Shown here: positions 36,479 through 45,016 of the stretch, piece by piece
Layout: each line of letters begins with the position of its first letter
Position numbering within the stretch: position 1 is the first letter of the stretch
Origin: Desulfobacteria bacterium
GTDB taxonomy: Bacteria; Desulfobacterota; Desulfobacteria; Desulfobacterales; C00003060
DNA: 57,474 bases
Direction: 5' to 3'
NCBI GenBank assembly: GCA_030145395.1
Contig: JAQYVR010000249.1
Span: 1-57,474, forward strand
Made by a program: the position numbers and the translations under genes
The notes under the pieces: model-generated
The model's input: only the letters and a program-made list of their open reading frames with translations
Database searches by the model: none
Told to the model about the DNA's origin: nothing

Positions 36479-38335
36479 ATGTACAATTCTTACTTTGGTT
36501 TTAAGGAGAATCCCTTCAGCTTGACACCCGATCCTCACTATCTCTATCTTAGCCGCCACCACAAGGAAGCCTTTGATAGCCTCGTTTACGGAATCAACGA
36601 ACGGAAGGGCTTCATTGTCATCACAGGCGGCATTGGCACTGGAAAGACCACACTGTGCCGCGCACTGCTCGGAACCCTTGAGCCATCTACTAAAGCTGCA
36701 TTGGTGTTCAATGCCTATATCTCCGACATGGAATTATTGAGGACTATAAATCAGGAGTTTGGCATTGAGGAACGTGAACCGGGCCAAAGCAAGAAGGACA
36801 ACACTGACAACCTCAATCAGTTCATCCTTGAGACATTCAGCAAGGGCAGCGAGGAAAGTTTACCGGATCGGAGCAAGAAGGACCACATTGACAACCTCAA
36901 TCAGTTCCTCCTTGAGACATTCAGCAAGGGCGGCAATGCCGTCCTGCTGATCGATGAAGCCCAAAATCTCTCCCACACCGTCCTTGAGGAGATACGGATG
37001 CTATCAAACCTTGAGACGGAAAAGGAGAAACTGGTTCAGATCGTCCTTGTGGGACAACTCGAATTGAGGGAGATTTTATCTTCACCTGCTCTGAAGCAGC
37101 TGGATGAACGCATCATGGTGCGCTACGATCTTAAACCCTTAGATAGGCAGGACGTCCAGGGTTACATAGAGCATAGATTGGTCGTGGCAGGCGGCAAAGG
37201 AAACCTGCGGTTCACAAAGGGGGCCATGGGGGCAGTCTACGCATACTCCAAGGGCAATCCTAGACGGATCAATGGACTTTGTGACCGAGCGCTGCTTATC
37301 GCATACTCTAAGAATGAATTCACCGTATCCAAGAAAACGATTCAGAAGGCAATTGAAGACATCGGTGGCGATGTGACACTGGTTAATGGCCCCAAAAGGG
37401 CTTGGTGGGCCCCAAAACTTACACCGGTGTCTGCTCTCTTGCTGCTCATAGTGATCCTTGCAGCGGGCTTTGGGGGGTGGAGTCTCAGAAAAGAGATTCC
37501 AGCACTCACGTCAGGGGAGAGAGTCGTCACCCACAGCCAAGCTCTCCCTGTTGAGAATGAGGAAGTGGGCAAGGTGATGAGTGAGCCATCAATAGCCGAG
37601 CAAGAAGCCCTGGCAGCAAGAACCGAAAAGGTTGCATCCATGCTTATTGAGCCATCAATGGCCGAGCAAGGAGTCCTGGCGGCAAAGACCGAAGAGGTTG
37701 CATCCATACCTATGGCACCCGAGATCGAAGCATCAAGGGAACCTGAGATTAAAGCATCAAGTTTGTTTCTTAGCGAGCACGCCAGCCTCGCAGGACTCTT
37801 CAGGCTGTTCGACACAAGGAAGCACCAAAACAGCCATTCGACAAAAGAAGTGCATTGGGGCCTGTATTTGTTCCACATAGAGCCCGAACATTACATCATG
37901 TTCAAAAGACCTTTCTGGGTGCGTATAGCTCCCCCAGCCCATAACCAGGGCTCTACCGCGGTCCCCCCCCCTCGATATTTGCTGATTAGTGAAGTCACAC
38001 CTGACGGTGCCGTCGCCATCGATGCTGACGGCAAAGAGCAGCTAATAACAAAAGACTTTATCATGACTCATTGGGACAACGAGGTTGGCTGGGTATATCC
38101 GTATGAAGACCATGAGGAGCGTATAGTCAGAGGGATGGGTGGTCCGGATGTTATCAAGCTACAATACGCGTTAAATGAAATAGGTTATTTTGTACAACCC
38201 ACAGGACTTTATGATGGACCAACATTTGATGAGATCGTAAACTTCCAAAACGATTTTGGATTAATGGCAGATGGGATTGTCGGCGCCCGCACAAAGGGCT
38301 TGCTGTATCAGATGACCGATGAGCTATATCAATGA
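36479..38335 (+). CDS. exeA: ExeA/GspA-type AAA+ ATPase with C-terminal peptidoglycan-binding domain
   Basis: FGFKENPFSLTPDPHYLY N-terminus, Walker A GGIGTGKTT, Walker B LLIDEAQNL and a TM segment. The C-terminal PG_binding_1-like region is LQYALNEIGY...DGIVGARTK. Confidence 0.85.
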   Translation: MYNSYFGFKENPFSLTPDPHYLYLSRHHKEAFDSLVYGINERKGFIVITGGIGTGKTTLCRALLGTLEPSTKAALVFNAYISDMELLRTINQEFGIEEREPGQSKKDNTDNLNQFILETFSKGSEESLPDRSKKDHIDNLNQFLLETFSKGGNAVLLIDEAQNLSHTVLEEIRMLSNLETEKEKLVQIVLVGQLELREILSSPALKQLDERIMVRYDLKPLDRQDVQGYIEHRLVVAGGKGNLRFTKGAMGAVYAYSKGNPRRINGLCDRALLIAYSKNEFTVSKKTIQKAIEDIGGDVTLVNGPKRAWWAPKLTPVSALLLLIVILAAGFGGWSLRKEIPALTSGERVVTHSQALPVENEEVGKVMSEPSIAEQEALAARTEKVASMLIEPSMAEQGVLAAKTEEVASIPMAPEIEASREPEIKASSLFLSEHASLAGLFRLFDTRKHQNSHSTKEVHWGLYLFHIEPEHYIMFKRPFWVRIAPPAHNQGSTAVPPPRYLLISEVTPDGAVAIDADGKEQLITKDFIMTHWDNEVGWVYPYEDHEERIVRGMGGPDVIKLQYALNEIGYFVQPTGLYDGPTFDEIVNFQNDFGLMADGIVGARTKGLLYQMTDELYQ

Positions 38336-39095
38336 GGCCCTGAAAAAGGCCCAAAAAGAAAAAGAGGCGCGTCACCACAAATATCCCGGCATGGTCTCCA
38401 CGCCCGGATACAAGGCGAGGCTTTTTTCCGGCAAAGCGCTGTTGTGGTTGACCGCTTTTTTCCTGGCTTCGCTTGCTGTTGCAGCCTATTTGTGGTTGCC
38501 CTCCGGGGACACACAGCCTCCCGGCAGTGAGCCGGCACGGCCCAAGGCGACGCCACAGCTTGCACGCAGTCAACCCTCACAGCCCAAGGCGACGCCACAG
38601 CCTCCCAGAAGTCAACCCGCACAGCCCAAGGCGACGCCACGGCCGCCCAGCAGTGAACCTGCACGGCCCAAGGCCAGCCAGCAGCAAAAAAGAGAGGGCA
38701 ACGTTAAAGCCTTGTATGAAAGGGCTAGGGTTTTTCACAAACGTGGCCGTTTGCAGGAGGCTATGCGCCTCTATGAAAGAACCCTGAGCCTTAATCCTGA
38801 TTATGTGGACGCGTTAAACAATTTGGGAGTTATACATATTCAGAACAGAAAGTACTCAGCTGCCCGAGAATCCTTTGCAAAAGCCATTCGGCTGAGACCG
38901 GACTATGTGGACTCCCATTACAATTTGGCGTGCGTCTATGCCCTTGAAGGAGCGGTGTCGCAAAGTCTTATCCACCTGAGAAGGGCAGTTTCACTAGACC
39001 AATCGGTTAAGGACTGGGCGCGAGGAGATGGCGATCTTAGAAACCTTCACGGAGTGCAGGGGTTTGAAGAAATAATAGGGCGCGGTATAGAATAG
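38319..39095 (+). CDS. GspB/ExeB-like anchor protein fused to TPR repeats
   Basis: MSYINEALKKAQKEKE is a GspB-type N-terminus. It is followed by a TM segment, a Pro/Lys/Ala 14-aa repeat linker and three to four TPR units. It overlaps the exeA end by 17 nt. Confidence 0.55.
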   Translation: MSYINEALKKAQKEKEARHHKYPGMVSTPGYKARLFSGKALLWLTAFFLASLAVAAYLWLPSGDTQPPGSEPARPKATPQLARSQPSQPKATPQPPRSQPAQPKATPRPPSSEPARPKASQQQKREGNVKALYERARVFHKRGRLQEAMRLYERTLSLNPDYVDALNNLGVIHIQNRKYSAARESFAKAIRLRPDYVDSHYNLACVYALEGAVSQSLIHLRRAVSLDQSVKDWARGDGDLRNLHGVQGFEEIIGRGIE

Positions 39096-39177
39096 ACAAT
39101 AGACGCCCGCGGGACAGGGGATCCGCTCGCTGTTGCAGGTTCAGTTGATGATACTGTAAAAGCAGAACAGGCAGAGT

Positions 39178-41586
39178 ATGGACAAGATGACATTCAATAG
39201 CGTGGAAAAGGGGATCATACAGTTGAGGAAAACGAAAGAAGAAATTACCGATGCCTGCAAGAAAGGCTCCTCCAAGCGTTCCAACGCTCCTGTGCCCCAA
39301 AACTCGATTATAGGGGCTCTTCTTTGTTTTTTGTGCATAATGTTTTGGCTGCTCACGGCTAGTTCCATAGCCCATGGAGCCCGTGTCGCGGGTGAAAAAG
39401 GCGTGACACCTGGAGCACCCGAAGCTGCGCCCCCTGCAGTTCAGCCACCTGCCGAGAAACCTGCTGCCGCGCCGGCGCCCGAAATGCCCGTAGCACCCGC
39501 AGTAGCACAGCCCGCCCCCAAGCCACCAGCCGAGAAGCCCGCTACAGTTAAACCACCTCCGAAAGCCCCGGCTCGTGCGCCTGCCCGAGCTCAGGAAAAG
39601 AGGCGCCCCAAACCAGTACCGCCCGCAAAAAAAGAAGCGCCTAGCGATCGTTACGTGACCATCGATTTTGACGACGTAGATATTACGCTGTTTATTAAGT
39701 TCATCAGCGAACTGACCGGCAAGAACTTCGTGGTTGACAAAGCAGTTAGAGGAAAAGTCACCATTATCTCTCCCAAGAAGATCTCAGTTGCAGAAGCATA
39801 CAAGGTTTTTCAATCCGTACTGGAGGTGCACGGTTTCGCCACGGTCCCTGCCGGCAGTGTTACCAAGATCGTGCCGGCTGTTGCGGCACGATCCAAAAGC
39901 ATTGAGACTCGAATACGCGAGGAGGCAATCGACCCCGAGGACAGGATAGTGACCCAACTCATTCCCCTATCATATGCCAGTCCCGACGCACTGAAAAAAC
40001 TTTTCGCCCCCTTCATATCCAAGAGCAGCGTCATGGTCTCATATTCCCCGACCGGTACGTTGATCGTCACTGACGTCCTCTCTAATATAAAACGGCTGCT
40101 CAGCATTATTAGGGCAATAGATGTGGTGGGTATCGGAGAAGAGATATCCGTAGTCCCTCTCGAATATGCCACCGCATCCGTCTTGGTAAAGTCGATCACA
40201 TCTGTATTCCAGACCAAGACACGAAGAAAAGGCGCACCTGTGGGTCCCGGCATCAAGACTGTAGCCGACGAGCGGACCAATTCCCTGATCATAGCAGCCA
40301 GCGAGGACGACACCATAAAAGTCAGACAGCTTGTTAACCTGTTGGACAAAGAGATCCCCCGGGGAGAAGGGGATATTCGAGTCTATTATCTTCAAAATGC
40401 AAACGCCGAAGATCTGGCCGGGGTTCTAACGGCCCTTCCTTCAAAGACAGGAAAGGGCCCTCAGAAGGGAAAGGCCCCCGTCATTTCCAAAGAAACCCAG
40501 ATCGTGGCCGATAAGGCAACCAACTCGCTGGTCATTACGGCCAACAAGGACGACTACCTTATCCTTGAAGACGTAATCAAGAAATTAGATATCGCGCGAC
40601 GAATGGTTTACATCGAGGCCCTGATTATGGAGGTCAATACGAATAAACGATTCACACTGGGCGTGCAGTGGGTGGTCGGAGACGATATTGGCAGTTGGGA
40701 GGGCAGAGAGATCGGCGGTTTTGCAGGCTCTACCCCTCCGTCGGGTATATTTCCAGGGGCTGATGCAACCGGAACCGTCGGTCTTAACCCAGGCTTTTCC
40801 TTAGGAGTTTTGGGTGAGGCAATTAACATTGGCGGGATTAATTTCCCCAGCATAGGGGCAGTCATAAGTGCCTTCCAGAGCGATACCGACATACATATCC
40901 TACAGACCCCCCAACTTATGACAACGGACAATGAAGAGGCGGAGATCTTGGTTGTAGAAAATATTCCCTTTCTGACCAGGCAGGACCAATCAGATTCAGG
41001 TGTAGATTACAGTAATTACGAATTTAAGGATGTGGGGGTTACGCTCAAGATTACACCGCAAATTAACCAGGACAGGTTTGTACGTCTGAAAATCTTCCAG
41101 GAAATATCCCAGGTTGTTGAACAAGAAGAGATAGGGCTCCCAACCACGCTGAAGCGAACAGCAGAGACGACGGTGATTATAAAAGACCGGCATACCGTGG
41201 TGATTGGCGGGTTAATCGATGAAATATTGACCCGAGGTACCTCCAGCGTCCCTTGCCTTGGGAATATCCCGCTGTTGGGTGGTCTTTTCAAAACACAGGC
41301 CAGGTCCAAAGGTAAAAGTAATCTCTTCATATTTCTCACGCCCCATATCATTGAAAACCCTGAGGAAGCCACCGTAGTATATGAAGAAAAAAAGGAGTAC
41401 ATCGAAGAAGTCGAAGAGCGCGTGATCAAGATGTATGAAAGACCGGAACGCGAAGGCGAAGAGACAGAAGTCGAAGAGTCAGAACTCGAAGGGACAGACG
41501 TCGAAGAGCCAACCGTTGAAGACACAGACGTTAAAGACCCCAACATTGAAGGGACAGACGCTAAAGAATCAGAAGTTGAAGGTTGA
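39178..41586 (+). CDS. gspD: Type II secretion secretin GspD
   Basis: The N0 domain is VTIDFDDVDITLFIKFISELTGKNFVVD. N1-N3 repeats and a secretin core (VPCLGNIPLLGGLFK) follow. The start codon is uncertain because the signal peptide lies about 45 aa into the ORF. Confidence 0.9.
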   Translation: MDKMTFNSVEKGIIQLRKTKEEITDACKKGSSKRSNAPVPQNSIIGALLCFLCIMFWLLTASSIAHGARVAGEKGVTPGAPEAAPPAVQPPAEKPAAAPAPEMPVAPAVAQPAPKPPAEKPATVKPPPKAPARAPARAQEKRRPKPVPPAKKEAPSDRYVTIDFDDVDITLFIKFISELTGKNFVVDKAVRGKVTIISPKKISVAEAYKVFQSVLEVHGFATVPAGSVTKIVPAVAARSKSIETRIREEAIDPEDRIVTQLIPLSYASPDALKKLFAPFISKSSVMVSYSPTGTLIVTDVLSNIKRLLSIIRAIDVVGIGEEISVVPLEYATASVLVKSITSVFQTKTRRKGAPVGPGIKTVADERTNSLIIAASEDDTIKVRQLVNLLDKEIPRGEGDIRVYYLQNANAEDLAGVLTALPSKTGKGPQKGKAPVISKETQIVADKATNSLVITANKDDYLILEDVIKKLDIARRMVYIEALIMEVNTNKRFTLGVQWVVGDDIGSWEGREIGGFAGSTPPSGIFPGADATGTVGLNPGFSLGVLGEAINIGGINFPSIGAVISAFQSDTDIHILQTPQLMTTDNEEAEILVVENIPFLTRQDQSDSGVDYSNYEFKDVGVTLKITPQINQDRFVRLKIFQEISQVVEQEEIGLPTTLKRTAETTVIIKDRHTVVIGGLIDEILTRGTSSVPCLGNIPLLGGLFKTQARSKGKSNLFIFLTPHIIENPEEATVVYEEKKEYIEEVEERVIKMYERPEREGEETEVEESELEGTDVEEPTVEDTDVKDPNIEGTDAKESEVEG

Positions 41587-41597
41587 CATGGACTGAC

Positions 41598-43286
41598 ATG
41601 AAACTGATCGGAGAAATACTAAAAGAGACCTGTGGGCTTTCCGAGGAAGCCCTTGCTGAGGCGATCGAGATCCAAGAGCAAAAAGGGGGCTGGATCGGGG
41701 AGATCTTGGTCCGGCAGAATGCTATTTCAGAATTGGATCTGTTGAAGGCCCTTAGCACACAGTTTGACCTACCCTTCTTGGCAGATCTTCCCACCAAAGA
41801 TTTGAACACCGATTTTGCCGGAAAGGTGCCAATCCAGTTTCTCAAGAAATACAAGATGGTCCCAATGGTGACCTCAAACGAGACCTATGTTGCTGTGAAT
41901 GATCCCTTTGAATTTCAACCTCTGGACGACCTGCGCCTGAGCCTGGAATGGGATGGGGTGAACGTGGTACTTGCCCCTTATTCTGCAATCCTCTCGGCGA
42001 TAAATCTCGCCTATGATATGAGTCAGGATTCTGCTGAACAGGTTATCCAGAACATGCATGAGGATGACAGCGACCAGATCCTCTCTGAAATAGAAGCAAC
42101 CGGGGATCTTCTGGACGAGACTAGCGAAGCGCCCATTATCAAACTGGTCAATCTGATGCTTTCACAGGCAGTGAAGGCCCGTGCCAGCGACATTCATGTT
42201 GAACCATATCAGGAAAAGCTCAAGATTCGCTACCGTGTGGACGGCATTCTATACGATAAGCTCTCCCCGCCCAAGCGCATTCAGTCAACACTTGTCTCTC
42301 GAATCAAAGTTATGGCCAAACTAAACATCGCCGAAAAGAGACTTCCTCAGGATGGCCGGATTGAAATCAGGATAGCTGACAAGAATGTGGACATCCGTGT
42401 TTCTAGCATACCTACCGCCTTTGGCGAGCGTGTCGTCCTGAGACTGCTTGACAAATCGACCGTGCTACTTCAGCTTACCGACATAGGCATGCCTGAAGAC
42501 AGACTTAAACTCATTGACGGGCTCATCCGAAGCCCCCACGGTATCGTTCTGGTAACAGGCCCTACGGGGAGTGGAAAGACCACCACACTTTATGCCGCCC
42601 TCACCATGATCAATAAGCCTGACATTAATATCATCACCATAGAAGACCCTGTTGAATACCAGATCGAGGGAATTGGCCAGATTCAGGTCAATCCGAAAAT
42701 CGGACTTAACTTTGCCAACGGCCTTCGCTCGATCGTTCGGCAGGACCCGGACGTTATTCTGGTGGGTGAGATCAGAGATCAGGAAACCGCGGAAGTCGGC
42801 ATCCAGTCAGCCCTTACCGGCCACCTTGTCTTCTCCACCCTCCATACAAACGACTCGGCGAGCGCGGTGACCCGGCTCATTGACATGGGGATAGAACCCT
42901 TTCTGGTGAGTTCTTCTGTGATGGCGATATTGGCCCAGCGACTGGTGCGCGTCGTCTGTGATAAATGCAAAGAGGTCTATATAGCCGATGAAGAGTCGCT
43001 GGATAGTATCGGCATAACCCCTGAGATGGCTGCCGGTAGGAATATATATCGCGGTATGGGTTGCTCTTCGTGCCTGAACACGGGCTACAGAGGAAGAACA
43101 GGCATCTTTGAGCTGATGATCCTGGATGATTCCATCAAGAATCTCATCTTAAAAACCTCGGACGCCAATGCTATAAAACGCCAGGCCATTGAGCAAGGGA
43201 TGTTTTCGCTTCGCCAGGATGGGGCACAGAAGGTCCTGGATGGGATTACAACCATCGAAGAGGTGTTTCGTGTAACCCAGCAGTAA
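41598..43286 (+). CDS. gspE: Type II secretion ATPase GspE
   Basis: Walker A GPTGSGKTT, Asp and His boxes and the tetracysteine motif CDKC...CSSC. The N-terminal MshEN/GspE-N domain has LDLLKALSTQFDLPF. Confidence 0.95.
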   Translation: MKLIGEILKETCGLSEEALAEAIEIQEQKGGWIGEILVRQNAISELDLLKALSTQFDLPFLADLPTKDLNTDFAGKVPIQFLKKYKMVPMVTSNETYVAVNDPFEFQPLDDLRLSLEWDGVNVVLAPYSAILSAINLAYDMSQDSAEQVIQNMHEDDSDQILSEIEATGDLLDETSEAPIIKLVNLMLSQAVKARASDIHVEPYQEKLKIRYRVDGILYDKLSPPKRIQSTLVSRIKVMAKLNIAEKRLPQDGRIEIRIADKNVDIRVSSIPTAFGERVVLRLLDKSTVLLQLTDIGMPEDRLKLIDGLIRSPHGIVLVTGPTGSGKTTTLYAALTMINKPDINIITIEDPVEYQIEGIGQIQVNPKIGLNFANGLRSIVRQDPDVILVGEIRDQETAEVGIQSALTGHLVFSTLHTNDSASAVTRLIDMGIEPFLVSSSVMAILAQRLVRVVCDKCKEVYIADEESLDSIGITPEMAAGRNIYRGMGCSSCLNTGYRGRTGIFELMILDDSIKNLILKTSDANAIKRQAIEQGMFSLRQDGAQKVLDGITTIEEVFRVTQQ

Positions 43287-43360
43287 AATGTCATCAGGTT
43301 GTCGCCCAAATCACTTTTCGCCTGTTCTGGCATGGCTTTTGTGAATATAGTAATATAAGA

Positions 43361-43500
43361 AGACCTCTGCAAAACGTTCAATTTTGTTCAAGGTCAAGGA
43401 AGAGGAAGATTTGAGCCGCAGGAATACTTTTTGGTATTTCGAGGACTAAAATCTGAGTCTGACGTAGAGATTGAGCAAAAGGGGATGTTTTGCAGAGGTC
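43361..43500. mobile_element. MITE-like element, copy M4 (best preserved ends)
   Basis: Perfect 15-bp terminal inverted repeat: AGACCTCTGCAAAAC (43361..43375) and GTTTTGCAGAGGTCT (43486..43500). Confidence 0.7.
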
Positions 43501-43504
43501 TTTC

Positions 43505-44641
43505 CTAGGCCTTTTGCGTAACCGTAATATCCCGCTTAGGATATGGAATTTCAATCCCCTCCCTGTCAAATGCTTCCTTCACCTTATCGGTCACATGGGA
43601 TATAGTGTCCATCCGCCTTCTGGCATCCTTGATCCAGACCCTCAGTTGAAGGTCCACTGATGATTCCCCAAATTGCCTTACCACCACCTGGGGCCGCGGA
43701 TCTTTCAAGACCCATTCTGCTGTCTTAGCCACTTCGAGTATTACCGATTTTGCCTTCCTGATGTCTGTATCGTATGAAACGCCGATTGGAATTCGAACGC
43801 GGATATCCTCTGAAAGGGTCGTGTAGTTAATGATGTCCCGCATCATGATCTCGTTGTTGGGGATGATGATTACAATGTTGTCTGTGGTTCGAATCTTGGT
43901 GGCTCTGAGGCCAATATCTAACACGTCCCCCCAGGTCGCTGAATTCTTAGGCGAGGACCACACCTCGATCCGGTCACCAATTTCAAAGGGCCGGTCAATA
44001 ATCAGCAAGATCCCCGCTATGAGGTTCGACAGGGTATCCTTGGCTGCAAAGCCTATGGCAATGCCGACAATGCCAGCTCCCGCCACAAAAGGCATCACGT
44101 TGATTCCCAACACATCAAGGGCAAGCAGGATGGCAATGGCAAAGATAATAATACCGGAGAATTTGCTCAGAAGATCGAAGACGATGTCGTCTATTTTGCT
44201 CGCGGTCTTTTTTACGAGATTAGTTTCAAGGTAGCCTAGCAGAATCGAGGTGAAATCCTTTACTGGAATCGCCAACAGGATGATCAAGGCTGCATAAAAG
44301 ATCTTTTCCAGAACCGGAATCCTGAACAGATTCAAAAGATATATGCCGGAGGTGAAGATTATAGCATACAGAACGGCCTTTTGAATCAGATCAAAAATCT
44401 GGTCGTTAATGCGAACAAATTCATATTTCTGGGCCCTCTTTCGGACACGCACCATCACCCGCCTAAAAATAACCCAGACAAGAAGAGCGCCCAGCAGGAC
44501 CAAGCCTGCCCTTGAAAGTACGGGATAGATAACTGCCCATTTAGAAAAGAGACCTTCCCCTATTCCTTCACAAAGGTGCTTCAGATAATCCACCATCTGC
44601 TCAACCTCCATAGTCTCTCGCCACGCTGCTTCGGGCTTCAA
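43505..44641 (-). CDS. Mechanosensitive ion channel (MscS family) protein
   Basis: The N-terminal half has multiple TM segments. An MscS beta-domain carries the signature IAGILLIIDRPFEIGDRI. The listed start is TTG; an alternative is ATG 44611. Confidence 0.85.
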   Translation of the reverse strand: MKPEAAWRETMEVEQMVDYLKHLCEGIGEGLFSKWAVIYPVLSRAGLVLLGALLVWVIFRRVMVRVRKRAQKYEFVRINDQIFDLIQKAVLYAIIFTSGIYLLNLFRIPVLEKIFYAALIILLAIPVKDFTSILLGYLETNLVKKTASKIDDIVFDLLSKFSGIIIFAIAILLALDVLGINVMPFVAGAGIVGIAIGFAAKDTLSNLIAGILLIIDRPFEIGDRIEVWSSPKNSATWGDVLDIGLRATKIRTTDNIVIIIPNNEIMMRDIINYTTLSEDIRVRIPIGVSYDTDIRKAKSVILEVAKTAEWVLKDPRPQVVVRQFGESSVDLQLRVWIKDARRRMDTISHVTDKVKEAFDREGIEIPYPKRDITVTQKA

Positions 44642-44664
44642 GAAGGCATATCAATAACAACGAG

Positions 44665-44700
44665 TGAAGCTCCCCGCGCTTCCGGGCGGGGCATTCTGGC
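44665..44700. repeat. REP-like hairpin (family A copy)
   Basis: GTGAAGCTCCCCGCGCTTCCGGGCGGGGCATTCTGGC. Confidence 0.55.
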
Positions 44701-45016
44701 ATGTTTTCGGTAAAAAATTGCAGGCCCCGAAGACGTAACTTTCATTTGTGCCCAGAGAGGGCTTCTTAATGCCGACTGAAAATATAACCGCTTTCTGGAG
44801 TACTATAGCAATGGAATGATGAGAAAAACGATTATTGCCAATCTTCTTCCGAGGGAAACACTGCCCACCAAGAAGGTTTAAGAATCTTCCTCCCGCTACG
44901 AAAATCAGTGCTCCAATACTCCATCACTCCAATATTCCGGGTTGTTTATTCTGATAGAGCCAGTTGTCTCTGACCAAGCCCAAAGGACATGGATTTCCAT
45001 GTTGAGCTAAGAAGAA

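Noticed and set aside
36759-36950. Listed ORF MALRNVNRAKARRTTLTTSISSSLRHSARAA... with an internal repeat
   Set aside because: It is an out-of-frame translation of the 84-bp duplication inside exeA. The exeA frame carries Walker motifs on both sides.
38329-38787. ORFs 38329..38664 (-) and 38473..38787 (+) rich in Pro/Arg/His repeats
   Set aside because: They are alternative-frame artefacts of the 42-bp tandem array. The gspB-like frame is continuous with an N-terminal anchor and C-terminal TPR units.
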